Assembly: GCA_054600435.1 (NCBI GenBank)
Contig: BAAIJX010000001.1
Location: 620,001 to 684,000, forward strand
Reading direction: 5' to 3'
Length of the DNA stretch: 64,000 nucleotides
DNA from: Neophaeotheca triangularis
Lineage: Eukaryota
A model generated the notes under the pieces. The model did not search any database. It saw only the letters and a program-made list of their open reading frames with translations, and was not told the DNA's origin. A program made the translations under genes and the position numbers. This document shows, piece by piece, positions 1-10,623 of this stretch. How positions within the stretch are numbered: position 1 is the first letter of the stretch; every line of letters begins with the position of its first letter.

Positions 1-165
1 CTGCGACTGCCTCTTTAGGCTACCCCGCCACAACACCTTTTCGCTTGGGGCTTTGCGTGCTTGTTGCATCTCCGGCGACATGTCGCATCCAGCACGTGAT
101 ATAGCCAGGATATATACACCTAGGTACCCAAGTTAGGTAGTATTGTTAAATGAATCTGTTGGACG

Positions 166-280
166 TGCTATTGCTATTGTTACTACTACTGCTACTGCTA
201 CTGCTACTGCTACTGCTACTGCTATGCTGTTGCTATTGCTATTGCTATTGCTATTGCTATTGCTATTGCTATTGCTATTG
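166..280. repeat. compound hexanucleotide microsatellite (TACTGC)n/(TATTGC)n
   Basis: Directly visible tandem runs of ctactg followed by gctatt. Confidence 0.95.
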
Positions 281-693
281 ATGAGTTAGGTAGGTAGGTC
301 GCAAGAGAAGGAGCCATGAACGCTCCCTACTACTGTAAGGTAGGTACCTACCTTATTACCTTACCGCCTCTCTCTGTATCAGAGCCGCCCATTCTCGCGC
401 CCTTTCCTACCAATTTACGTGGCTAAGCAAGGTAGCTCCCACCTGATTGATTGATTGTCGAGGGCGCCAGCAATCCAGAATTAATGCCCACCTCCATTCA
501 TTCGGTCCAAGATGCGACTTGCTCAAACGATCAATGTATCAAGGATCCGTTTGACCTTTCTTCCAGGTCGACATTCTGACCGGACGAACGAACTATATCT
601 CGACCAGCGACGTTTCAATCGGGGTCGCCATCGCAGACTCGAGGAGAGAATACATCGTGATGCAGTGTTGGAATCACTCCACTATTCGTGCCA

Positions 694-3591
694 ATGTCGA
701 GAACGCCACCACAATCTTCGACCGTCGTCTCATCACTACCATCCGAGCCCGGACACCAAGCAACAGCTACGCGCCCCTTGTCAGACATTCGCGAGATAAC
801 AGAACCCAGCCTGATTGACGCCGTGAGTCGTTGGCCTGGTGCTCAGCTTCAGCGCCAGTCGAGTCTGAACAGGGCAAGCTCGTTGAAGCGCAAGGGATCT
901 GTGAAGCGCAACGGGTCTGTTAGGATTACGGAGCCAGGGTCCAAGGGAACGTACCACACAAGGAGCAAGTCGACGGGCAACACTTCGTCCTCGTATTCCG
1001 ATTCGCCTGCGCAGGGTAGCTTCTACAGCATTCCCCCGTCAAGCGTCCCGAGGCGTTCGTCTTCTCAACGTCGCTCGTCACAGCGCCGACAGACCCATTC
1101 CCGAGGACCTTCGAATCGCGCTGAGCAACCAACCCCTCGCGGCTTCACGATTGCGAACCACGGCCACAGCGAGTCGCCGGTCAAAGAAGTCGGCTTGCGC
1201 GTTGATCCATACACCTCAGAGGCAGCTAGGAGAGTGCCTTCCAGGACCTTCATCAGGACTGCTCATCCTGGAGATATACCGTCCTCTCCAGCATTCAAAC
1301 ATCCGCGCGTACGCCTGGAATTGCAAGTATCTGCGCCGCTGTTTGTAGGAGGTGGGAGTATAGAAGGTTTTGTCAAGATCACGGTAGATGACAATGAGCG
1401 TATCAATCATAGAAGGAGCCTGAGCATTTGCGCAATTTCAGTCGACTTGGTGGGATACGAAGAGATGACTGGAGGTAGCAGCGGCCGCAAAGCGACATTC
1501 CTGGCCCTGGGTACAGAACTCCTGGACGAAAACAATCACCCTCCTCCAAACATGGTAGAGCCTGCGAATCCCATCTTCTTCGATGAATCCTGGACGCTCG
1601 TACCCTCGGCTTCTGCGCTTCCTTTTATGCTCAGTCTACCTCTCGATACCGGACCACCGCCATTTCAATCCAAGCACGCTAACATCCGCTTTCTACTCAG
1701 TGCCACACTGCAGATCAAAGACACCGGGAAGCTATATCGCGTGCGGACTTCGCATACTGTGTGTGTGCTCGGTACACACGATCCGGAAAAGGCCTTGACC
1801 TCGCTACCCAGCCCACTGACAGCGTCAGACGAGCTTCCACTTTCACGATCCGGCGAAGCGGAAAAGATCAAGCTAACGGCTGGTCTGCACCGGCAAGTCT
1901 GGGTGAGCGGTAGCAGCATATTCGTCGACGTGCACATAGCCAACAAATCCCGAAAAATCGTCAAACGCCTTGACCTCACACTGGAGAGAAACATCCTGTG
2001 CTACAGACATGCGGCTGCTGCAACGCTAGAGAGGTCTGCAGGGCAAGCGAGAATCTTTGAAAGCAATGAGCAAACGCTACTGGCCAAGTCAACAATGCGT
2101 CTGGGCCATGGTTGGCGAGGGGTCGATCCGTTTACATCAGACACCAGAACCTGCGACCTCGAAGTTCCCAGGGGCCACGCGACAGTGCGATGTGGCAAGT
2201 ACTTCGAAGTACGCTACTTCTTGAATGTAACCGCGCACATCTCCAGCTCCAAATTCGTCTCGGTGCAGCTTCCCATCATCCTCATCCACATGAACTCCCT
2301 CGACGTCCTGCCAAACTCAGTTGCCCAAGTCGCCGCAGCCATCGAAGAGAAACGAGCACACCACCAGCACCAGCGATCGCAATCACGCAACGAGAGTCGG
2401 CATGGCAGAACACGCTCAGCTTCCTCCCCCGCCCCCTCAAAACCGGACCTCCACCGTAAACCCTCTTACGCACAAGGCCGAGCCTTCGCAGCCCCTCGCC
2501 AACAATCCCTCGACCGCCAACGCGCCAAACGCGAAGACCTGGCCCAACTAACAGCAACCCTCGAGTCCTCGCCCCGTAAACACCACCCGCAAGCCCACCT
2601 CGCGCGAAAACTCACCAGCGCCATGTCCATTGGCAACTTCCACGACCCAAACTCCCACAAACCCCAGCGAAACCTAAACCACCACCCCACCTCCCGCCCA
2701 CCAACAAGCCAAAGCACGAGCACCCCCTCCAGCCTCCCGGACCCCGAAACCGGCCATACAGTAGGGAACTACCACAGCCCGGCATCGAACCGCAAAGGCC
2801 GCCACTTCGGCGACCTACTGCACAACAGCGAAGATTTCGAGGGTTTGCGCGACCGCTTGCGCCGAATGCGCAGTTTCGACTCGGTGCACAGCAAGAAATC
2901 CATCGCGACTGTTCGGTCGAGAAAGGCTCATCTGTACTCTGCTGCCGCGACGGCGAGGAGTTCTTCCCAGCACACCACGGCTAGGAGGCTGCCTGAGAGG
3001 GCGCGGAGTGCTTTTGGCCGCAGGGGGGAGGGGGCCAGTCGGCGGGACTCGCACGAGGGAAAGGGTGTGCGGCTTGCGTCGCCGGGGTTGCAGGTTTCGT
3101 CGCTGCGGTCGCCGGTCGGGGGGTCGGAAGTCGGGGTTTGTGGAGTTGCGACGATTGCGCCGGGGAGTTTGGGTTTGCCGCCTCTTGGAGCTGGCTTGGA
3201 TGGGGGTGGGAGGACGGGGGTGGATGGTGCTGTGACTGTGGGGCTTGGGAGGTTGCAGGCGACGGCTGTTGAAGCGTCGAGACCGGCGCTGGGCTTGGGG
3301 CTTAGGGAGAAGTTTGATAGGGGCCGGTTTGAGGTTCGGGGGGTTGGGAAGAAAGCAGCTGGTGGGAGTGGGAATGGGAGTGGGAGTGGAGGAGGTCTGA
3401 GGGAGCGAGGGAGGGGTTGGTGGGATGGGTTTAGAGGGAGGGAGAGGGATAGGGCGCCGAGTCAGGGTGGAGAGAAGGGGGGGAGTCGGCAGAGGTTGGT
3501 GCCGGAGGTGGAGCGGGTGGGTGGTGTTTGGCAGGTTACTGATGTGGGTGAGGGCAGGGATGTGCGGAAGGAGATGGAGGGGTGGATATAA
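694..3591 (+). CDS. arrestin-like (arrestin C-terminal domain) protein with low-complexity N- and C-terminal regions
   Basis: Long ORF; central beta-sandwich-like region (RLELQVSAPLFVGGGSIEG, LPFMLSLPLDTGPPPF, WVSGSSIFVDVHIAN, GKYFEVRYFLNV, VQLPIILIH) typical of fungal arrestin-related proteins. First in-frame ATG at 694; a short upstream exon cannot be excluded. Confidence 0.75.
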   Translation: MSRTPPQSSTVVSSLPSEPGHQATATRPLSDIREITEPSLIDAVSRWPGAQLQRQSSLNRASSLKRKGSVKRNGSVRITEPGSKGTYHTRSKSTGNTSSSYSDSPAQGSFYSIPPSSVPRRSSSQRRSSQRRQTHSRGPSNRAEQPTPRGFTIANHGHSESPVKEVGLRVDPYTSEAARRVPSRTFIRTAHPGDIPSSPAFKHPRVRLELQVSAPLFVGGGSIEGFVKITVDDNERINHRRSLSICAISVDLVGYEEMTGGSSGRKATFLALGTELLDENNHPPPNMVEPANPIFFDESWTLVPSASALPFMLSLPLDTGPPPFQSKHANIRFLLSATLQIKDTGKLYRVRTSHTVCVLGTHDPEKALTSLPSPLTASDELPLSRSGEAEKIKLTAGLHRQVWVSGSSIFVDVHIANKSRKIVKRLDLTLERNILCYRHAAAATLERSAGQARIFESNEQTLLAKSTMRLGHGWRGVDPFTSDTRTCDLEVPRGHATVRCGKYFEVRYFLNVTAHISSSKFVSVQLPIILIHMNSLDVLPNSVAQVAAAIEEKRAHHQHQRSQSRNESRHGRTRSASSPAPSKPDLHRKPSYAQGRAFAAPRQQSLDRQRAKREDLAQLTATLESSPRKHHPQAHLARKLTSAMSIGNFHDPNSHKPQRNLNHHPTSRPPTSQSTSTPSSLPDPETGHTVGNYHSPASNRKGRHFGDLLHNSEDFEGLRDRLRRMRSFDSVHSKKSIATVRSRKAHLYSAAATARSSSQHTTARRLPERARSAFGRRGEGASRRDSHEGKGVRLASPGLQVSSLRSPVGGSEVGVCGVATIAPGSLGLPPLGAGLDGGGRTGVDGAVTVGLGRLQATAVEASRPALGLGLREKFDRGRFEVRGVGKKAAGGSGNGSGSGGGLRERGRGWWDGFRGRERDRAPSQGGEKGGSRQRLVPEVERVGGVWQVTDVGEGRDVRKEMEGWI

Positions 3592-4014
3592 TGAGGTTAA
3601 TTTTCTTAGACGGCTTGTTTTTTCTTTGGATAGGTGGTGTAATAAAAAGGACACGCGGGTCTTGATCGTTTTGAACCTGAACCACGTGTGGAGGATCGTG
3701 TGCTCGTTGACGTCTAGTGTGATGGGTGGGCTATGTGCAGACTGGTATGGCTCCTCTTCAAGGCACAGAATGCTAGAGCTACTAGACTTTACTGCTTGAA
3801 TGCTTCAAAAGATGAGGATCGAGCCAATGAAAGCTCAGCCACCTGCATCTTTTGTTGCGCGCTGGGCGTCATCAAGCCGGACCTATACCCAGCCAGCCAA
3901 CCCCGAGTCCCCTTTTGTCCACCGGCGTCCATCATCGTGTCAACCGCATCCCGTAGCCGTCGTGTTGAGATCGTGAGCAAAGATCCCGTGGTATCAATTT
4001 TTCGCGCTCCATTT

Positions 4015-5014
4015 TCAAAAAGTCTCCTCCTCATTCGCACCGTCACCCTCAGCGGGAATCTCGAAGCCCTCCTGCAGAACGAAAGAAATCAGTCAGCAAG
4101 CCGTCCTCCCTTCGCTCTCAAACCATTGCCCCTCCACATAAAGAACCGTGACCAGACTCACCTCAGTCGAGTACAGAATCGTCTGTATTTGCTTCAACAA
4201 GCTGCCCTCGTCCTGCTCCAGCGCAGGCTCGGCCTCCATAGCCTGCTGGATCAACAACTCAATATCCCGCAGCTTGCTGAAGTAGAAGTCGCGCTCGCGC
4301 TCCAGCCCCGTCACCGTCTCCATGAGCTCCGCGTTCTTGGCCGACAGCGCCGCGTTCTGCGCGCTGCTCGCTCCGCCCGTGCTCCCACCCATCTGTCGGC
4401 TACTACTCCTAGGCGCAGCCGCAGACGCCGCGGGAGCAGCCCTTCTCGCGGCCGTACCACTGCCTCCTCCCGCCCCACCAGTCCTACTCGGAGGCATGGC
4501 GGGCGCCGCACCAGGACCCGCGCCCTTGCGTCTGCTCGCCGCATCGTAGTCACCACCAGGGTAGTATTGGTCCCAGTAGCGCTTGGTGTACTGCAGAAAG
4601 TCGAGGTTGTCCTGCATCTTGCACTTGATGAGGTCCTGGATGGGGATGGTGCGCTCGATGTTGTGTTTGCGGAAGCAATTGGAGAGGATCTTGAAGTTCT
4701 CGAGGTAGGCGTATTCGGTGTTGACGTTGAATTTGACGCGCGACATGGGCACGTCGAGGAAGATGCTGTCGTAGACTTGGCAGAAGGCGGCGCTGTTTGG
4801 GAGGAACGCTGGTGGTTAGCAGTGTACCCAAGGTGTGGTTGGAGATGTAGCCAGTCCTGCTTACCCGGTCCCGCATTGTTCGACCTTGGTCATGCTGAGC
4901 TGTAGCAGGCTGTTGAGCCATGCCAACAACTCCTGCCTGGGTGGGTTCACTGTCAGTGTATGCTACTCAACTCAGCTCATCCATGGCCGTTGCATACCTG
5001 GACTCTCCCGCCAT
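4015..5014 (-). CDS. BIM1: EB1/Bim1/Mal3 microtubule plus-end binding protein; exons 5014-4998, 4936-4865, 4792-4162, 4071-4015
   Basis: Spliced product begins MAGESRQELLAWLN, contains a CH domain (YDSIFLDVPMSRVKF, MQDNLDFLQY) and EB1 motif (GLERERDFYFSKLRDIE), and ends in the acidic-aromatic tail EEETF; canonical GT-AG introns. Confidence 0.93.
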
Positions 5015-5618
5015 GTTGCTCTTCGCTATCGCAGGGGTTTCAGGGCGTTGGGTATGGGTGGAAGTGTGCGTGTGAACGAGTGAAAGTTGGAGCAGCGAAA
5101 GTGTTTGATGCCTTTGGATTGTTTTGTTCCAAGTGAACCCTGAACCAGGTACACACATGTATGTTTCTAGCCCCACCTGCACCAATCGACTGCACGCGCT
5201 ACCTGCCTTCTTAGCGAGCTTATTTAAGCCTCATCGTCCAAATTACAGCCTAAGGCATACCTAAATCTTGTCTACCATTGGAACGCTCTGCACAGCTCTC
5301 GAAAAACATCATTACATGCACACCTGTAGGTGGTTGAAGCAAGTACTATCGAGTGTACTGTCTCTGTGTATTACGGACGGTTCTAGCCCGCCATGTACCA
5401 TGTATTTTGATCCTACCGAAGAGCACAAGCGATGTTGCCACCGTCAGCAGCAAGGCTGGCTTCAAGAGGTACGGTATTTCGAAGCTGTGGTCTCAGCCTG
5501 ATTGGAGGCATATAAGTAAGACGCATGTGTTCTCTCTGCGACTAGCAAGGCAGCCGATTTCCTCAGAACCAAGAGCCTTGTCTTACAGAACTAAACGAAC
5601 GAACAAGCCGTAGCGAGC

Positions 5619-6009
5619 ATGGTGTACCCGCAGTACGTCCCGTATATTGCTTCACGATGTCCTAGCACTAACACTGTTTACCAGATACCCGTCGCCCACT
5701 TACCAGCAGCAACAGCCCATGCGCGGCGGTCACCGCGGTGGTGGACGTGGCCAACGAGGTGGCCGCGGGCAACGTGGCAATCACCAACAGCGTGGTGGCT
5801 ACCAGACGCATGGAGGGCCACATACGCGAGGCGGCCACCAGATGCGTGGAGGGCCACAAACTCGAGGCGGCTACCAGATGCGTGGAGGGCCACAAATGCG
5901 AGGCGGCTACCAAATGCAACCGCAGATGCAATATGGTCATACTCCTCAGCAACACAACCGTCCTCAGCAGCAGTATCGAGATGACGATGATTGTTGCGGT
6001 TGCTGCTGA
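5619..6009 (+). CDS. small Gln/RGG-repeat protein ending DDDDCCGCC; exons 5619-5632, 5685-6009
   Basis: ATG at 5619; 52-nt intron gtacgt...cactaac...ccag (5633-5684) joins to give MVYPQYPSPTYQQQQPMRGG...; 18-nt RGG repeats; Cys cluster before TGA. Confidence 0.7.
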
Positions 6010-7347
6010 GATCCGAAGCGATAGCCGTATGTCGTGGGTGGGATGTGAGCGTGGCGGTCGCGATTTCTTTGCGGTCGTTCAGAATATGCAGTCGGGGTTT
6101 CCTAAGTCGAATGAGGTTGAAACGGCAGAATGGGTATGAAGTAATGAGAAAGAGATGGACTATGTAGCGATAGTTGCGTTTCGTCGCGAGATATCTGAGT
6201 CTAACCTAAGCCCTGTCATGAGTCCTGGAGGGTCTGTCGTCCTCGCAATACCGCTGCAAGGCGGAGGCGGGGTGTCGATGTGCTCCGAACGAGGTCTCCC
6301 ATTAATTCACCTAGGTGGACATGTACTTGCTAAAGCAGCCAAGAAGACTTCTGAAGAGCAGGACACCGGACATGGTAGCCTTGTGAAACGACGGCAGTGA
6401 AGGTGCATGCATCACCTGTGCACCGGGACGGCATCGAACGCGGTGTGTCTCGGTGGATGTGATAGTAGTGTAATATGAGTTGAGGTGTACGCGGTGTGGT
6501 GTAGGTTTTTTGAAGCAGGACTAAGAGGGCTGACAGCTCCACCAATCATCAACTGGCAATTAAATCTCAGCGGCGTTCCTGGCCCCATCCAGGCCCTCGA
6601 AACGTACAACAGTAGTAGTACCTCGTACACAAGCTGCAACGACGACGACGGTACAATAAAAGGTAGTGACACTGAATTAACTTATTAGCTACTACTCCAG
6701 CAGTCTGGTCACTGGGCAATAACGTTACCAAGAACAACAGCCTTGGCCCGGACAACAACCCGACTGCTTCACCGGTCGGCTCTCCGCCCTTGGCTTCACA
6801 CATTCCATCTCACTACTACTACTACGTTGACTACTACTACTATCACCGACCATATGCGGCTTACCGTTGCATGCCTTCGGTTGCTCGCCCGCAGATGATA
6901 CAATTACTTTATCCTCCGGATTTCTCTTTCTCCTAGTTGGCCGCGTGCGAAAAGCGTGTTTCCGGCAAGTGCATGCATGCAGCAACAGCTGTCGCAAGAG
7001 TCAAGACTCGCAATGGTGCTGCACAAAGTCTATCTTGAGCCACCAAAAACCCACCACCAACACACGCCTTTGTCCCCGTGTCACTGCCAACTGGGGCTAC
7101 ATGACAAGCCTCCATGGTGACGAATCTACGGATTGCTGACCACCCGTTAAGTGCCAACCTCGGAAATGATCAGGCTGGGGTTTGTATACATCTCGTTGTT
7201 TCCTACCTTCGACCCCCCTCCCCCCGGTTGCCTCCCGCTTTGTTTCTGCAGTGCTTTGTTTGTATCTCATTCCTCCCAACTCTCACGGCTCCTAGGGTCG
7301 TCCTTACAACGTACTGACTTGACCTGCTGTAAACTATACATTGTAAC

Positions 7348-8929
7348 ATGGGTAGACACGCCCTCTACGCAACGGCCTTGAGCCTTGGTAAGTACTTTGA
7401 TTGTTCCTAAACACCCAACACCATACTGATCGATCACAGCGGCAACGGCCTACGGTCAAAGCGCACAAATGTGCCCCGAATCTGATGTCTGCTACCAACT
7501 CAACGTCCCGACGGATACCGCGGATTCAGGTAGTGGCGACATCTTCTTCCAACTCTCTGCCCCTACATCCTACTCATGGGTTGCGCTGGGCCAAGGGTCG
7601 TCGATGAGCGGCTCACAGATGTTCGTCATGTACACCTCGGCAGACGGCAACAACGTTACCGTTTCACCCAGACTTGGAACCGGGCACGTGGAACCCTCGT
7701 ACAACAGCGATGCGCAAATCACCGTCCTCGAAGGCTCTGGCGTCAGCGATGGCGTAATGACTGCCAATGTCAGGTGTAGCAGCTGCAACTCCTGGAGTGG
7801 AGGCGACATGGACTTCTCCAGTACGAGCAGTGACTGGATATATGCCATTAGTTCCGGCTCGGCTTTGGACTCTGATGAGTTGGACGCGAGTATCAGCAGA
7901 CACAACAGTGCACGGTCGTTCAGCTGGGAGCTTGCTGCTGCCACTGGCGGAGACGGTACCGACCCGTTTGCCGCTTCCTCTGGAACCGAGTCCGGCTCGA
8001 GTACTCCTTCTTGCACTCCCATCGGCGGTGGTTCAGGCTCGGGCTCCGGATCCGGCTCCGGATCAGGGTCAAGCCAGACCTCTTCAGGTCAAGGCTCTCG
8101 CCCTACAGGGCCACCTTGGGGAGAGGATTGGGAGGATGCGCCTTGGAATGATGGGGACTGGGACGGTCGTGACTGGAACGGGAACGGGAATAACAAGCGC
8201 CAAAGCAGCAACAGCTGCCCCGAAGGCCAGGAGCCTGTCAGAGATAGCAGCGGCGTCAACTTCCAGAACAACGCCTTCGGTGGTGCTCTCGGCCCAAATG
8301 GCATGACGATCCTCATCGCTCACGGTGTTATCGCCAGTTTGTGCTTCGTTGTGCTCTTCCCCATTGGCGGCATCCTCATTCGCCTTGCCAGCTTCCGCGG
8401 TCTCATCTGGGTGCATGCCGGTATCCAAGCACTCACATATGCTCTCTACATCGCTGCCTTCGGCCTCGGCCTATACATTGCCACCACGATGGACTATCTC
8501 CACGAGCCTCACGCCATTATTGGCATCGTCCTCTTCGTCGTACTTTTGGCTCAACCTATCCTCGGTCTTTTGCACCACAAGCTGTTCAAGAAGTACGGCA
8601 TGCGAACTCTTTGGTCACACGCTCACATCTGGCTTGGTCGTGCCATCATCCCTCTCGGCATCATCAATGGTGGCTTGGGTCTTGCGCTCGCCGCCAACGC
8701 TTCCACCGGTCAACTCGCAGCATATGCCGTCGTTGCTGCGATTATGGGTATTGCTTACATTGTAGCCATTGTGCTCGGTGAGCGACGACGTAGCAGGGCC
8801 GTCGCGCGAGACCCGCCCAGCTACGAGCGCAGCCAGATGGAGGGAATCAGCGGGAGCAGCTCTGCGAGCGATGATGGTAATGGTAACAGAGAGTTTTACG
8901 CATCGAGGCCTAAGCAGCAACCGACGTAA
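7348..8929 (+). CDS. signal peptide + CDH-cytochrome-like DOMON domain + cytochrome b561-like membrane domain; exons 7348-7387, 7440-8929
   Basis: Spliced N-terminus MGRHALYATALSLAATAYG; DOMON motifs WVALGQGSSMSGS (heme Met) and ISRH (heme His); TM segments with b561-type histidines (AHGVIA, WVHAGIQ, EPHAIIG, HAHIWLGR). Confidence 0.88.
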
Positions 8930-9375
8930 GTAGCTGAGGTTCATTGCAGTAGAGTAATTTAGAGACCATGACAACAACCTAGGCTTTGGGAAGACCAACA
9001 ACGGTCGGTGAAGGACTGGGAATGAATCAATTAATTGTATTCGATGATTGCATAATTCGCATGTAGCATGACAATACGAAATCTCACAATATCTCACGCT
9101 TCCATGATTGTGGACACTTTTTCTACATGAAGTCAACGAAAAGGCGTCGGGATGTTTTGTCTTTCGAGCTCGGTCCGGAGCAAGCCATCAGCAAAGCAAT
9201 GGAAACCAGACCCCTCCTTCGGCCCACTTTGTATCTAACGTCCAATGGCTCAACGAGCAGTCGGCCTTACAGTTATGACTTCTACACTCGACCACGACTT
9301 TCTCACCATCCACCATCTCTCCTCTCTCCTCACCCTCACCCACCCCCACCACTACCACCACACTCGTTTTCGACC

Positions 9376-10623
9376 ATGGCGTTGACATTCCTTTCCAAGA
9401 GGGCCGCCTCCCGCACCGTTTCAACCCAGCTCCGATCATTTAGCACCGCAGTCGACGACGTCTTTTCGCCCATTGCACCATCCAGTGCCCCTCCACCACC
9501 AACGCCAGAGAACCAAAAGCAAGATGTCCTCGGCGAAGCGGTACGGGCTCGAGGACCCAGGCACAACTGGACCAGGGAGGAAATCGGCGAGCTTTACCGC
9601 ATGCCGCTCATGGAGCTGGCCTTCCAAAGTGGCACCCTTCACCGACGCTTCCACTCGCCCTCGGCCGTTCAAATGTGCACGCTCATGAACATCAAGACCG
9701 GAGGCTGCAGCGAGGACTGCTCGTACTGCGCGCAATCCTCCCGCTACAATACCGGTCTCAAAGCCTCCAAAATGTCCTCGGTTGACTCCGTCTTAGAGGC
9801 CGCCCGCATAGCCAAATCGAACGGCAGCACACGCTTCTGCATGGGAGCCGCCTGGCGCGACATGCGCGGCCGCAAGACCAGTCTTAAGAACGTCAAGGCC
9901 ATGGTCTCGGGAATCCGTGAGATGGACATGGAAGTGTGCGTTACACTGGGCATGATTGATCAATCGCAAGCCGACGACCTGGCCTCTGCCGGTCTCACAG
10001 CCTACAACCACAACGTCGACACCTCGCGGGAACACTACCCCTCGGTCATCACGACCCGCACCTACGACGAGCGGCTCCAAACCCTTTCCCACGTCCGCGA
10101 CGCCGGCATCAACGTCTGCTCCGGCGGCATCCTGGGACTGGGAGAGAAGCCCGAAGACCACATCGGCCTGCTGCACACCGTCTCAACGCTGCCTGCGCAC
10201 CCGGAATCTTTCCCTGTCAACGCCCTCGTCCCCATCAAAGGCACGCCCCTCGGCGACGACCCTTCCCGCAAACGCATTGAATTCGATGCCATCCTACGCA
10301 CCATCGCCACAGCCCGTCTAGTCATGCCCGCAACCATCATTCGCATTGCCGCGGGCCGGACAACCATGAGCGAAGCTGAGCAGATTCTGTGTTTCAACGC
10401 CGGCGCCAACGCCGTCTTCACCGGCGAGAAGATGTTGACAACCGAAGCCGTTGGCTGGGACGCCGATAAGGAGATGTTCCAGAAATACGGGCTCACGCCT
10501 ATGAAGAGCTTTGAGCGTGGTGGTTTGAGGGATGAGAGTGCGACTAGCTGGGCTAGTGTCAAGGCTGCCGCTATGGGGGAAACTACTGCCACTGCCGGGC
10601 AACAGCCTGCTGCCGCTGCGTAG
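9376..10623 (+). CDS. BIO2: biotin synthase (radical SAM), mitochondrial
   Basis: NIKTGGCSEDCSYCAQS (CxxxCxxC), RFCMGAAWR, YNHNVDT, VCSGGILGLGE; MALTFLSKRAASR presequence-like start at 9376. Confidence 0.96.
   Translation: MALTFLSKRAASRTVSTQLRSFSTAVDDVFSPIAPSSAPPPPTPENQKQDVLGEAVRARGPRHNWTREEIGELYRMPLMELAFQSGTLHRRFHSPSAVQMCTLMNIKTGGCSEDCSYCAQSSRYNTGLKASKMSSVDSVLEAARIAKSNGSTRFCMGAAWRDMRGRKTSLKNVKAMVSGIREMDMEVCVTLGMIDQSQADDLASAGLTAYNHNVDTSREHYPSVITTRTYDERLQTLSHVRDAGINVCSGGILGLGEKPEDHIGLLHTVSTLPAHPESFPVNALVPIKGTPLGDDPSRKRIEFDAILRTIATARLVMPATIIRIAAGRTTMSEAEQILCFNAGANAVFTGEKMLTTEAVGWDADKEMFQKYGLTPMKSFERGGLRDESATSWASVKAAAMGETTATAGQQPAAAA

Noticed and set aside
2815..3654. 279-aa Pro-rich minus-strand ORF
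   Set aside because: Antisense to the G-rich 3' end of the arrestin-like CDS; explained by composition.
3733..4905. 390-aa plus-strand ORF
   Set aside because: Antisense shadow of the spliced EB1/Bim1 gene; no recognisable motifs.
6010..7347. Possible gene or ncRNA in the 1.3-kb intergenic region
   Set aside because: Only short ORFs and small (CTA)n runs; no tRNA, snoRNA or coding signal that I could support.
9127..9375. 83-aa upstream in-frame extension of biotin synthase
   Set aside because: Runs through promoter-like and C-rich leader sequence; the ATG at 9376 has good context and starts a typical mitochondrial presequence.
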